64,000 nt of DNA. Source: Eledone cirrhosa. Its lineage: Eukaryota. The stretch's first letter is position 1, and every line of letters starts with the position of its first letter. Of this stretch, positions 1-16,090 are shown in pieces. Both the position numbers and the translations under genes were made by a program. The notes below the pieces were generated by a model, which had not been told where the DNA came from, did no database searches, and worked only from the letters and a program-made list of their open reading frames with translations. The stretch lies in contig OZ024756.1 of the NCBI GenBank assembly GCA_964016885.1, forward strand, positions 2,046,001 to 2,110,000, read 5' to 3'.

Positions 1-204
1 TCCTTCCACAACACACCAATCTCTTGTTGTATGTTTGTGTGCTGCCCGTGTGTGTTTATACACGTGTTTGTGTGTGTATATATATATATATGTGTGTATG
101 AGAGAGAGTGTGTGTGTGCGACTTTGTGTGAGAGAGAGTGAGTATGTGTGTATGAGTGAGAGTGTGTGTGTGTGTGAGTGTGAGAGAGTGGGATTGAGAG
201 AGTA

Positions 205-260
<56 letters not shown>

Positions 261-269
261 TGTGTGTGT

Positions 270-324
<55 letters not shown>

Positions 325-487
325 AAGTTATCAGGGCTCAGGAAGTTCTTGAGTTGGAATGGTTAAGAACATTCCAGTTTCAATTCAATCCCAATCCATT
401 ACGTTTACTGTTACCCTGGGTCTACCCTATTGAGAAAGATGGGGTAGACAGAATCATGGCGGAGAGAAGCAGGGTAGTTCAAGTTGT

Positions 488-542
<55 letters not shown>

Positions 543-703
543 ATATAGTAAAATAAAATAAAACAAGGACGATTGGTTACTCTTCATTACGTGTATTGGT
601 TGGTGACGCGCGTTTCGTCACTGATCAGCTCAAGGTTTGATCTGTATCGATCAAACCCGACTCTGTAATCCGCGGCTCGACATACCCCTTACAATGGTAA
701 TGG

Positions 704-758
<55 letters not shown>

Positions 759-763
<5 letters not shown>

Positions 764-1020
764 TAAATAAACAAAAAATCAGTGATACACCTGGACTCAG
801 TTTATTGCGTGTTACAATTGTTTCGCCGGGAGGTAGCTCGAGACATAATCATGTCTCGAGCTACCTGCCGGCGAAACAATTGTAACACGCAATAAACTGA
901 GTCCAGGTGTATCACTGATTTTTTCTTTATTTATACTATCCACACTCTGCTATGTATGAATATTGAGTGCTAATTTTGGCATACCGCCTATGGAAGGACC
1001 ATATCTACCATTATACACAC
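759..1020 (+). mobile_element. Fold-back (Penelope pLTR-like) element with 3' half of a hammerhead, in (TA)n
   Basis: Near-perfect inverted repeat 759-846/851-939 with a 4-nt loop and an ~80-nt unpaired tail. The right arm reads GAAA-CAATTG-TA (palindromic stem III plus cleavage triplet). Flanked by (TA)n. Confidence 0.7.
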
Positions 1021-1091
1021 GTATATATATATATATATGCAAGTATGTATGTATACGTACATACATATATGTATACAGACGTACAGTAGCA

Positions 1092-1133
<42 letters not shown>

Positions 1134-1282
1134 CAGGTACACATATATATATGTACGTATCAGTTTAGCGGACGTTTATTATAACGCCCACTTTGTCCGT
1201 TTGTAAACAAACGGACAGCCTGATTTATGCCGTACGGTGTTAAGGCAACCACGTCACCTTTTTGTTCAACACTGACACAGGA

Positions 1283-1325
1283 ACGATGTACTAGTTTCAA
1301 GCTTCTTATCTATCATCAGCACCGT
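1283..1325 (-). ncRNA. Minimal type I hammerhead ribozyme
   Basis: Reverse complement reads acggtg-CTGATGA-tagataagaagctt-GAAA-ctag-TA-catcgt. Confidence 0.75.
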
Positions 1326-1563
1326 ATACCCTTCTGCCAGATGGTTGAACGTTCGAAAGTATATACTTTCCTTATGAAAATTAACGGCTGAGCAGCCTAA
1401 TTTGCATATCGAGTGAGTTCAGTCGGCCAGGCGCACCGAAAACGATAAGTTGTAATAGAATGAAACGAAATTTCATTTCTCACTCTTAGTACGGCACTTA
1501 CTTAAATGCAAGTATGTAAGTATACGTACATACATATATGTATACAGACGTACAGTAGCATGC

Positions 1564-1674
<111 letters not shown>

Positions 1675-1897
1675 CACATACAGGTACACATATATATATG
1701 TACGTATCAGTTTAGCATTTAAGTAAGTGCCGTACTAAGAGTGAGAAATGAAATTTCGTTGCATTCTATTACAACTTATCGTTTTCGGTGCGCCTGCCGA
1801 CTGAACTCACTCGATATGCAAATTAGGCTGCTCAGCCGTTAATTTTCATAAGGAAAGTATATGCTTTCGAAGGTTCAACCATCTGGCAGAAGGGTAT

Positions 1898-1940
1898 ACG
1901 GTGCTGATGATAGCTAAGAAGCTTGAAACTAGTACATCGT
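1898..1940 (+). ncRNA. Minimal type I hammerhead ribozyme
   Basis: acggtg-CTGATGA-tagct aaga agctt-GAAA-ctag-TA-catcgt. Stem I is 6 bp, stem III is the palindrome ACTAGT, and the cleavage triplet is GUA. Confidence 0.8.
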
Positions 1941-2089
1941 TCCTGTGTCAGTGTTGAACAAAAAGGTGACGTGGTTGCCTTAACACCGTACGGCATAAAT
2001 CAGGCTGTCCGCTTGTTTACAAACGGACAAAGCGGGCGTTATAATAAACGTCCGCTAAACTGATACGTACATATATATATGTGTACCTG

Positions 2090-2171
<82 letters not shown>

Positions 2172-2282
2172 TGCTACTGTACGTTTGTATACATATATTT
2201 ATATACGTATACATACATACTTGCATTTAAGTAAGTGCCGTACTAAGAGTGAGAAATGAAATTTCGTTGCATTCTATTACAA

Positions 2283-2386
<104 letters not shown>

Positions 2387-2430
2387 TATACATATATATG
2401 TATATATATATATATATATGTATACATATC

Positions 2431-2910
2431 ACGATAAATTAACGGAGCCATAGACTCGTTATTCCCTGTAAATTATGTGCTCAAAAGAAAAGGAATCCTG
2501 AGCTCTTTAAAATACAATATGTAGAAAGGGTAACACGCTAGAGAGAGAGAAAGCGTGTGCCATCAATAAAACAGGGAAAGCCACCAGTGTATGGAATCTA
2601 TAACCTATGAAAGGCAGAGTAGACTCACAATAATTAAAAATATAAATTAAAATGTATATACCCACCTCTATAACTATATAGCACACGAGTACAAATCCAA
2701 AGAGATCTGTTTCGCCAGGAAGTTATTGACTGTAATGGAATAGCCTATGGTTCATTAGCGCGTGCAAGACTATACATTCCAGACAACTCTAAGAAAATCT
2801 AAGACAACCGTCCAGCAACACGCGGCAGAGAGATGTGACAGCGTGTGTATTGTTGATGGCACTCTCTCTCTCTCTCTCTAGTGTGTTACCCTTACAACAT
2901 ATTGTATTTT
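2431..2910 (-). mobile_element. Degenerate fold-back element with a decayed full-size hammerhead (2681-2765)
   Basis: Inverted arms ~2509-2568/2848-2910. Reverse complement reads gcacgcg-CTAATGA-accatagg...cctggc-GAAA-cagatct cttt ggatttg-TA-ctcgtgt. Confidence 0.5.
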
Positions 2911-2944
2911 ATATATATACATATACACACACACACATTATATA

Positions 2945-3008
<64 letters not shown>

Positions 3009-3162
3009 CGGGTTAGGAGGCGACGCTGTGTGGTTACTGAAAAACAAGTGTTAGAAGGTAATCAGGACTCAAACAAGAGGAGTAAAGTGTCCCTTCATCA
3101 GCTGTTTACTACTGATCTTGGATGTTTCGGCGCTTAAAATATATAAAATATACATACACGCG

Positions 3163-3239
<77 letters not shown>

Positions 3240-3268
3240 GCACACACCCACACCCACACACACACAGT

Positions 3269-3314
<46 letters not shown>

Positions 3315-3319
3315 AATAT

Positions 3320-3450
3320 AATGGTTTCGTATATAGGCACAAGGCCAGCAATTTTGGGGAAGGGAAAGTCGATTAAATCGACGCCAGTACGTGACTGGTA
3401 TTTTATTTTATCGATCCCGGATGAAAGGCAAAATTAACCTCGGCGGGAAG
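3320..3450 (-). mobile_element. tRNA-derived SINE fragment (family A)
   Basis: ggcacaaggccagcaatt...tttatcgatcc...gatgaaaggcaaaattaacctcggcggga matches the other copies. Confidence 0.75.
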
Positions 3451-3914
3451 AAATGCGCTACCCAAGGTTTCACGGCCCCATATTAACCATACCTCCAGAA
3501 ACAATGTGACCTTTTCTCAGGCGCTTATACGAGTTTATACATATACCACTTACTGGGATTCGAACTTAAAGCTGAGAGAGATCCACCGGAACTAAATGCC
3601 TCAGTTGATGAATTTTTGTTCCGATGGCCAAACAACTTTATCATTTAGCAGGCACTGATTAGCTATCGATTACATAAACTCCAGTACTTTATTGGTGCTT
3701 TATTTTATCGACCTTCAACTTGGAAAGTAGAAAGTGATGGACAGTTGCTTAAAGTAGGAAGATTTGAATGCAGAACGCAGAGTCAATCTTCCATTTATTA
3801 AATATTTGTTTCTAGTATAGGCACAAGGCCAATAATTCTGTGTGTGGGAGGGAGGGGGGTTGTTAGTTGGCTAAACTATTCCAAGTATTTGGCGGCTAAT
3901 TCTATTTTATCGAT

Positions 3915-4106
3915 CCTGTGAGTATGTAGGACAAGAAATTTCAGACCTCAGAGTGTGTAGGACATGAAATGTCAGACCAAGGGAGTATGTAGGACAAGAC
4001 AGATATGTCAGACCCTGGGAGTATGTAGGACAAGAAGTGTCAGATCTCGGAGTATTTAGGACAAGAAGTTGCAGATCCTCGGAGTATTTAACACAAGAAA
4101 TGTCAA
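3915..4106. repeat. Minisatellite, ~30-35 bp unit, ~6 copies
   Basis: Repeated gagtatgtaggacaagaa..gtcaga.c. Confidence 0.75.
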
Positions 4107-4323
4107 CACCACTGGGATTTGAGATGAAAACATAGGAGAGCCAGAATAAACAGCGCAGGTTATTTAGACCGACGCTCTAACGATTCTGCTCACCCACCAC
4201 TTATAATAATACGTTTGCCCAACATCGCCATTCGTTCTACAGGCTTTCGCTAAAGTCTGGAGACAGAGGCTAGTTGCATGTTTTCAACAACACAATCCAA
4301 CAACATTATATCTAATTGAAATA

Positions 4324-4514
4324 GGGCGTGGATTGGCAGTATTGGTAGAGGGTCGGGCGCCATGCTTTGCCACAAAGCGTTACGGCCCTTTATGGTCTGA
4401 GTTCAAATCCCGCCGAGGTTAACTTTGGCTTTCATCCTTACGGGGTCGATAAAATAAAGTACCAGTAATGCACTGGGATAATTGCTGGCCTTGTGCCAAA
4501 AGTAGAGACAATTA
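4324..4514 (+). mobile_element. tRNA-derived SINE, full length (family A)
   Basis: A-box-like tggcagtattgg, B-box gttcaaatcc, central ctttcatccttacggggtcgataaaataaagtacc, 3' ggccttgtgcc. About 20 copies in the window. Confidence 0.85.
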
Positions 4515-4800
4515 TATCTCATTGAAATATTACAGGTATTTCCTGTGTCCAGACTTTAAGGTCAGCCAGTATGTGATAAAAAAGTGTCCCTGTTAAAGGG
4601 TTCTTAATTAAATTAGAATCTTCCACCATAATTTTATATAAATGTTAATTCCTCGTCTGTCAGCATCAAAAGATTGGACAAGTCACAACACCGCGACCCC
4701 TCTTAGAAGGACGGGAAATAGAGAGAAATGGTGACTGCTGGTAACTAGAGATGACTAGAGGGGGTGTCACCAACGACATGTTGGGGGCACCTGCGGGAAC

Positions 4801-4894
4801 TTGATGATGATGATGTTGATGATGTTGTTGATAACGATGATGGTGATGATTATGATGCTGAAGATGCTGATGATGATGGTGGTGATGATGATGG

Positions 4895-4937
<43 letters not shown>

Positions 4938-4940
4938 AAA

Positions 4941-4989
<49 letters not shown>

Positions 4990-5038
4990 GTGATGATGAC
5001 GACGATGATGATGATGTTGATAATGATGATGATAAAGT

Positions 5039-5078
<40 letters not shown>

Positions 5079-5125
5079 AGTGATGATGATGATGGAGGCG
5101 ATGATGATGATGGTGATGACGATGT
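4801..5125. repeat. (GAT)n microsatellite
   Basis: Direct reading. Confidence 0.95.
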
Positions 5126-5372
5126 GTTAGGTTATTATCTTAGTAATGAAATAACTTCAGTAAATCCCTGCAAATTCTTCATTTGAGGGTATTTCATTAT
5201 AAATACATGAATTGTTTAAACCTATATTTCTAGTATAGCACTCGACTGTGTAAGGAAGTTGGATGTTCTATTTCAGAAGTTATTTCATATCTTGGCGGCG
5301 TTGTATTTGTTTTGCAAGGTTTTTGATATGAAATTGTGTATTGAAACATATATTGCTATATTTGTGGAGGGT

Positions 5373-5610
5373 CATGTTTTCCTAATATTGCCAAAAATAA
5401 TTGTTTCTACTGGGCCGTAACTCTCTGCTGCAAAGCATGGCGTCCAACCCTCTTCCGATACTGCCAATTCACAACCCATGTTGTCCTAATATTGCCAAAA
5501 ATAATTGTTTCTACTGGGCCGTAACTCTCTGCTGCAAAGCATGGCGTCCAACCCTCTACCGATACTGCCAATTCACAACCCATGTTTGTCCTAATATTGC
5601 CAAAAAATAA
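5373..5610 (-). repeat. Tandem duplication of an internally deleted SINE (~104-bp unit, 2.3 copies)
   Basis: catgtt..cctaatattgccaaaaataa occurs three times, separated by two fused SINE head/tail pieces. Confidence 0.7.
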
Positions 5611-6535
5611 TAAAACACACTCAGTCTTTGGTTTGGTTTTCGCTTCAGTTTCAGTATATATATTTTTTATATTTCTATAAATAATTTATCTGGCAATCAT
5701 TGATTGACCAATAGATAAAAATATAAATATAAATATAATTTCTCAAAATTCTTTCGTCACACATATGAGACATCATTAGTGATTTGTTTTTAATTTAAGA
5801 AATATTTTACGAAACATATATAGCCTATATTCAATAAATGTGTGGAAGTGATGTCCAAACGAGTACCCTCCACCAACAACTAATTTGCCCTCCACCTCAG
5901 GGTCCCGGTTGACATGAGGGAGAATGCATTGCCCCAGAAATACGCTGGGATTATGAAAATCCAAGCTGACTTTAGCAAGATTTGAACTCAGAACGTAAAG
6001 AACAGACACCAAACGCCGCAAAACTCTCTGTTCGGCGCTCCGACGCCTCTACCACCCACTGTTTATTAAATTATAAAACATTAAATATTTTAATATATTA
6101 AATTATTAAAAGCAATAATTTGTATATATTTACATAACTTGAAAACGAAAAAAGTAACTAAAATATTTATTTAACCTATTTAAATAATACAATTGTGACA
6201 CACACACACATATATATATAATTAAATAAACAAATATATATATACATATGTATATATATATATACATATGTATATATATATATGCATGTATATATATATA
6301 TATATATATACATAAACATATACATATATATATAAATATATACCTATATATACATATATATATACATATAGGAATATATGTGTTTTTATATATACATGTA
6401 TATATACATATTTATGTATGTATATATATATGTATATATATTTATGTATATATATATATATATATATATACATAAATATATATATATATGCATACAAATA
6501 TATATATATATATATATACACATATATATATATAC

Positions 6536-6591
<56 letters not shown>

Positions 6592-6592
6592 G

Positions 6593-6624
<32 letters not shown>

Positions 6625-6648
6625 TTTGTATGCATATATATATATATT

Positions 6649-6700
<52 letters not shown>

Positions 6701-6763
6701 AATATATATACATATATATGTACATACATAAATATGTATGTATATATATATATATATATATAT

Positions 6764-7608
<845 letters not shown>

Positions 7609-7864
7609 GTAAATATATATATATATATATATAAATACCCTCCCGTTGATCTACTATCATATTTAATTAATCTAAACACTATTTCAATGTTTGTGATGAA
7701 AATATTTGGAATATGATGAGAAAAACGAGAAAAGAAGAAAGAAAAAACAACGAAAATTATTTTCATCTAAATTAGTTTTAATTTCTATCTAATGTATATT
7801 TTTGTATATTTACTTTATAAATAAATCTAATTTCTAATGTCATTTTCTTAATGAAATCATTTTA

Positions 7865-7906
<42 letters not shown>

Positions 7907-7911
<5 letters not shown>

Positions 7912-8111
7912 TTAATATAGATGAGATTCTACAGGACTAGAACTGTTTCATTCTTTAGAAATCATCAGGAATCATCAGAGATTCCTGATGATTTCTAAAG
8001 AATGAAACAATTCTAGCCCTGTAGAATCTCATCTATATTAAAACTTTTATACTCTGCAATGTATTGGGTACCTTACTTACTGTGGTTACCTCCGATTCAA
8101 CCCGGAATAAC

Positions 8112-8112
<1 letters not shown>
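7907..8112 (+). mobile_element. Fold-back element with two hammerheads back to back (- 7923-7973, + 7978-8030)
   Basis: gagattc-CTGATGA-tttctaaagaat-GAAA-caattctagccctg-TA-gaatctc. Inverted arms plus an unpaired tail, flanked by (TA)n. Second copy at 31905-32100. Confidence 0.75.
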
Positions 8113-8173
<61 letters not shown>

Positions 8174-8185
8174 GTGTGTGTGTAC

Positions 8186-8412
<227 letters not shown>

Positions 8413-8505
8413 CACCACTCTCAAGCGTGAACCTAATACTAACACTTTGTACTGCACTCTTCGTTATTGTTTTCTGTTTTAACTTATACACACACACACA
8501 CACCC

Positions 8506-8562
<57 letters not shown>

Positions 8563-8567
<5 letters not shown>

Positions 8568-8690
8568 GTAAAGAGAAACAACACAATCAGTACAGTATAT
8601 GGAAGGAATATATTAGGTTAACGCTTGAAATAGCAGGAAGAGGGTTTTAACGTTTCGGATGCTAGTTCTTCATCAGAAGAAAGAGTGAGA
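8563..8690 (-). mobile_element. pLTR-like remnant with degenerate minimal hammerhead
   Basis: Reverse complement CTGATGAagaactagcatccGAAACGTTA. Stem I is weak. Confidence 0.45.
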
Positions 8691-8807
8691 AATAAGATAG
8701 ATTGAAGAGACGGGCGGGATGGAATTGGAGAAAATGTCTTTAAATAAAAATAACAGGTCCATTCATGATGACGGATGGATGGATGTTTGCATGGATGGAT
8801 GGACAGA

Positions 8808-8859
<52 letters not shown>

Positions 8860-8994
8860 AACAATTAGTGATATGGTTTGTTGATTATTCAACAGAGTTT
8901 TTTTTTACAACAGATTAGAAGTACTCAACAGTATTTATCTGGAGTATCATTAATAATAATAATATTAATAAATGGAAAATATCTTCATAAAACC

Positions 8995-9060
8995 ATATTT
9001 ATTATATTATACGTATTTCAAGGGTACTAATATTTAAGTACGACCTCGTCAGATAAAAGT
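8995..9060 (-). ncRNA. Minimal type I hammerhead
   Basis: Reverse complement ttttat-CTGACGA-ggtcgtact..agtaccctt-GAAA-tacgta-TA-atataa. Stem III palindrome ATACGTAT. Confidence 0.6.
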
Positions 9061-9167
9061 ACGAAAGCATACTTAAATATTAGTACCCACTATCACCAAA
9101 ACCAAACAAAACAATATAGAAATCTGAATAAAGAAGCCATACATAAACTATGATGTGTTGGTCACAG

Positions 9168-10449
<1,282 letters not shown>

Positions 10450-10459
10450 ATATATATAT

Positions 10460-10587
10460 AGGAAAAAGTATGACCCCAACGGCAGAGCTCAAGCCGTTTC
10501 GACGGCTATTTCTGGTATTTCTGGGCGATTGAGTCCAGAAATAGCCGTCGAAACGGCTTGAGCTCTGCCGTCGGGGTCATACTTGTT

Positions 10588-10590
<3 letters not shown>
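10460..10590. mobile_element. Fold-back element, 'gacccc' family
   Basis: Hairpin aggaa..gacccc.acggcagagctcaagccgtttcgacggcta / tagccgtcGAAAcggcttgagctctgccgTCggggtc. Further copies at 34038, 37079, 39247, 49042 and 60348. Confidence 0.75.
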
Positions 10591-10674
<84 letters not shown>

Positions 10675-11352
10675 GTGTGTGTGTGTGTGTGTATAAAGGG
10701 AGAGATAGATAGATAGGGAATAGATGCGTATCTGTACAAATATATGTATGTGCGTGTGTGTGTGAATGAGTTTCCGAGTAGGTGTCTTTGTGTATGGTGT
10801 CTGTTTTTCAGTGTGATCAGTGTGTTCGTAAGTGTGCGTGTGTGTGTGTGTTCGTGAGTGAGAGAGTGTGTGTGTGTGTGTGTGTCTTCATGAGTGAGAA
10901 TGTGTGTGTATGTGTGTTCGTGAGTGAGAGTGTGTGTGTTTGTGAGTGAGAGTGTGTGTGTATGTGTGTTCGTGAGTGAGAGTGTGTGTGTGTCTTCGTA
11001 AGTGAGAATGTGTGTGTGTGCGTGTGCGTGTGCGTGTGTGTGTGTAAATTCGTGAGTCAGAATGTGTGTGTGTGTGTGTACATTAAAAATTCTAGAACGA
11101 CCCTCTAAGCAGATCCGCTATTTGTTAAGCCATTCACAGTTCTCTCCCCTCGACTATCTCCTACAGCCATGACATTGCGATATTCAAATAACGGTGGTCG
11201 ACGTCATGTGACGTGGGCGTGAACAATGTTACAATGCAACAAAGGGCGGTGTTACATCACCAGATGTGGGCGTCACCGGATATATATATATATATATAGT
11301 TTTATATATATATATATATCAATACATATATATCTATATACATATACATAGT

Positions 11353-11389
<37 letters not shown>

Positions 11390-11429
11390 TTATATATATA
11401 TCAATACATATATATCTATATATATATAA

Positions 11430-11497
<68 letters not shown>

Positions 11498-11599
11498 CAC
11501 TATGTACTTTTGTCTACTGCGTTTGTTTGTCCTTTTGAACTCCACACACACACACACATATATATGTAAATATATATACGTACATCTCTCTCTCTCTCA

Positions 11600-11673
<74 letters not shown>

Positions 11674-11717
11674 GTACATATGTATTTATCTATCTACCTA
11701 TCTATCTATCTATCTAT

Positions 11718-11779
<62 letters not shown>

Positions 11780-12144
11780 AGATAGATATAAGGAGAGAGA
11801 GAGAGAGAGAGAGAGATAAGGGGAGAGACAGATAGAGAGAGAGAGAGAGATAGATAGGAACATATCAGTGAATATTCCTCTGACCACCACCCCAGTTTAA
11901 CGCCCAATAACTTCTCCCAAAAGTCGTTGTGTCTGTGTGTCCGTGACATCTTCACAGCTGCACTAAATACACACCACAGATTTAATGGCAGTGAAGGTGT
12001 GAAGGGCGTATCTTAACCAGAAATGGGCGGGTCTAATGTATTTATATTATCAACGAGACATATGATAGGTGGATCTATCAAGCTGCTAAATATTAAAGCT
12101 GCTTATTTAACCAATCACAATCTTCCTCTATTTCTGAGACACAC

Positions 12145-12195
12145 TCACTGCTTCTGATTTCTCTCTCTCTTTTTCTTGCTCGTTCTAGAGTAGTC

Positions 12196-12242
<47 letters not shown>

Positions 12243-13967
12243 TGTTTCTTTCTTTCTTTCTCTCTCTCCCTCTCCCTCTCGTTGTTACCCTTTCTCTCTC
12301 TCTCTCTCTCGTTGTCACTCTTCCTCTCTCTCTCCCCCTCTCTCTCTCGCTGTCACACTTCCTCTCATTGTCACTCTTCCTCACTCTCACTCTCTTCCTC
12401 TCTCTCTCTCTCCCTCTCGCTGTCACACTTCCTCTCATTGTCACTCTTCCTCACTCTCACTCTCTTCCTCTCTCTCTCTCTCCCTCTCGCTGTCACACTT
12501 CCTCTCTCTCCCTCTCGTTGTCACCCTTCCTCTTTCTCTTTCTCCCTCTCGTAGTCACTCTTCCCCTCTCTCTCTCTCTCTCGTTGTTACCCTTCCTCTT
12601 TCTCTCTCTTATATAGCCACGTACACACACATATATGCATACACATACATGCACACAGACACGCACACACACACACATACACACACACTCTCTCTCACAT
12701 ACTTTTTTTCTTACACACACACACTCACTATTATTCTCACACACATACACGCACACATACAAACATATACACACGATCTTTCTCTCTCATTCACACACAC
12801 ACACTCTCTCTCTCTCTCTCTCACACATACACTCACTCACTCACTATCTCTCTCTCTCTCACAGACACATACACACACACACATCTCTCACACTGTCTAT
12901 CATATTCCCCCTCACACACACACACACTCTCTCTCTCTCTCGCACACACACTCTCTCTCACACACACACACACACTCTCATACACACACTCTCTCACACA
13001 CACTCTCTCTCACACACACTCTCTCTCTCACACACACACACACTCTCTCTCTCTCACACACACACACACTCTCTCTCTCTCACACACACTCTCAACACAC
13101 ACACTCTCTCACCTCACACACGTACTCTCTCTCTCTCTCACACACACTCACTCTCTCTCTCACACACGTACTCTTTCTCTCTCTCTCTCTCTCTCTCACA
13201 TACACTCACTCTCTCTCTCTCACACACTCTCTCTCACACACACACACACTCTCATACACACACTCTCCCACACACACTCTCTATCGCACACACTCTCTCT
13301 CTCTCACACACACGCACACAAACACTCTCTCACACACGCACTCTCTCTTTCTCTCAAATATACTCACTCACACACACACACACACACGCTCTCACACTCT
13401 CACTCTTTCTTACACACACACTCTCTCACACACTTTCTCTCTCTCACACACGTACTCTCTCTCTCTCTCTCACACACACACACTCACTCACTCTCTCTCT
13501 CTCACACACGTACTCTCTCTCTCTCTCACACACACACACTCACTCACTCTCTCTCTCTCACACACGTACTCTCTCTCTCTCTCTCACACACTCACTCACT
13601 CTCTCTCTCACACACGTACTCTCTCTCTCTCTCACACACACACTCACTCTCTCTCTCACACACTCTCTCTCTCTCTCACACTCTCTCTCACGCACACACT
13701 CTCTCTCACACAAACGCACACACTCTCTCACACACACACTCTCTCACACACACACACTCTCTCACACACACACACCACACTCTCTCACACACACACACTC
13801 TCTCTCACACACACACACACTCTCTCGCACACACTCTCTCAAACACACACACACACACACTCTCACACACACACACTCTCTGACACACACACACACACAT
13901 ATATCCTTCCCTTCTCCCTGTCTATGTCTCTATCACTCACTCATTCAACATTTCTCTCTCACACCTT

Positions 13968-14005
<38 letters not shown>

Positions 14006-14140
14006 AATGTGTATGTGTGTGTATGTGTATGTGTGTATGTGTGTGTATGTGTGTGTGTATCTGCCTCTGTCGCACTGCTTGTCTCTCTCTTCCTCCTTCA
14101 CTCTCACTCTCTCTCTCTCTCTCTCTCTCTTTCACTCCCA
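12145..14140. repeat. Compound (TC)n/(CA)n/(TTTC)n low-complexity tract
   Basis: Direct reading. Confidence 0.95.
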
Positions 14141-14623
14141 CTCTCACACATCTGTATATACCTCTATCTACTCCTCCCACTCTACCTACACATCTCCCCC
14201 TCCTCCTCCTGTTTCTGTCAGTAAACCTGTAGTAAATGGTGAGTTAATACGATAGACTGCTGTACAGCAATAACACACCCCCAGTTATCTCCCTTTACGT
14301 TCTGAGTTCAATTCCTGTTAAGATTTTGATTTGCTTTAAAATCAATTGTTTGTGGTCGATCAAATAGAGAGCAGTCATATATTCGGTGTCATTCAATCGA
14401 TTACACACCCTATCTATAATTAGCACTGAGCTAATGAAAGTTTTATCCATTTTTTACAAGTATGCATTCATACATACATATATACATACATACATATATA
14501 TACATACACACATATAAACATACATACATACATATATATACATATATATACATATATACATACATAAATACATACATATATACATACATATGTACATACA
14601 CACATACACACATACACACACAC

Positions 14624-15020
14624 ATGGCGGCTGCCAATTGGTTTTCGAGTACGGCCACTACTTTATATCCATGTAGGAGAACCCCTACCGATGCGGTGAA
14701 CGAGTGTGACTTTTTACTCCAGCCAGCGACTTGAAAACTCTGGTACAAACACTTGTGACAATTATTGACACATAGTGTTGGGCCCATGGTACCATGTGAC
14801 GACAAGTGCAGAGAGATCTCCAGATATAAAGCAATGCCTGTGCTGTGAAGCTTTTATAGTGAGCAAAGGCACTGCACAAAGCCAGTCCCACTCTCTTAAC
14901 CAAGATGATATTTACCAAAAAGAAGAACAAGTCCACATCATTGGATACCATCAGGGTTGCAGGTGTTATATCAGAGTTTTCCTTCTCTTAGAATTCTGCC
15001 TTGACAAAGGCTAAGAGGTC
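14624..15020 (-). mobile_element. Degenerate 3' end of a C2H2-finger RTE LINE
   Basis: Minus strand encodes VCTRVFKSLAGVKSHTR. Its 3' end gtggccgtactcgaaa..ggcagccgccat resembles 7528-7563. Confidence 0.6.
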
Positions 15021-15094
15021 ATCTCTCCCATCTACATACATACATAAGGGGTCATCTCTCGCCATCTACATACATACATACATATATACATGCA

Positions 15095-15131
<37 letters not shown>

Positions 15132-15881
15132 ACCGAATTCACAGACTAGATTCCTTCTTCCTCCCGTTAGACCTGTACGGAATTCCTTCCTTGCTCACAT
15201 TCCAACCAGGTTTGATGGTCTTTATTCTCTCTCGTTCACGATTTCACCGAACTTATATTCATGGAAATTTGGGACTTGACTCGTTCTTCCTCACTTTTCG
15301 TTGCTTCACCATCTTTGTTTGTTTACACTCTCGCTGTCCCCTTTATTTACGTGTCCCAACGACTCTTTTTAGCCGTTGCTCGCACCAACCGGAGGTATAT
15401 GGTTTTTAAAGCGAAGAAATACCTGTGATGGTTGGAAGATCACTGATGAGGACCACTTTATTCATATATATATACATATATATATAAAATAAACGTGGTC
15501 ACGTGGCTAGGGTGTTGAACATACGATCATAATGCAAAAAGTTCGATTCCTAGGTCAGTTGGTTATGTCGCGTTCGTCATCAATCACATCATTACCATTT
15601 GCTTCAGTCCACGCAACTGAAAATACCAGCCACACCTGGGAGTTTAACCCTGTGATGGACTGTTGCCCTGTCCAGTGGGGAGTCTTGAAGCTGAAAATAT
15701 CAGCCACACCTGGGAGTTTAACCCTGTGATGGACTATCACCCCATCCACTGAGGGGTAGTCCTGTACTCTCAGTTGCTCAACGCCAAGGAAATGGGTATA
15801 GGCACCGAGCTAATGAGCATGTGTCCCTGTTAATTGTTACCACAATATTCTGGGTTCTAACCCGACATTTGTCCCTGTATA

Positions 15882-16090
15882 TTGTTTCTTATATAGGCAC
15901 AAGGCTGGCAATTTTAGGGGAGGGGAAAGTCGATTAAATCGACCCCAGTGCGTCACTGGTACTTTATTTTATCGACCCCGTAAGGATGAAAGGCAAAGTT
16001 AACCTCGGCGGGATTTGAACTCAGATCTTAAAGGACCAGAACAAACACAGTCAAACATTTGTCCGATGCTCTAGCAAATCCATTTCCTCG
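15882..16090 (-). mobile_element. tRNA-derived SINE (family A)
   Basis: Matches the family consensus. Confidence 0.8.

Noticed and set aside
759-939. Hairpins as pre-miRNAs or classical MITEs
   Set aside because: Asymmetric tails, variable apices among copies and embedded HHR motifs fit retroelement fold-backs better. They are also too perfect and multicopy for miRNA genes.
4324-4420. tRNA genes suggested by A/B boxes
   Set aside because: There is no cloverleaf, and they continue into the shared SINE body in many copies.
4764-5186. Poly-Asp ORF resembling an acidic biomineralisation protein
   Set aside because: It is a (GAT)n microsatellite with no signal peptide or evident gene structure.
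12635-14232. 529-aa and 527-aa ORFs
   Set aside because: They are pure CA/TC low-complexity sequence, open in two frames.
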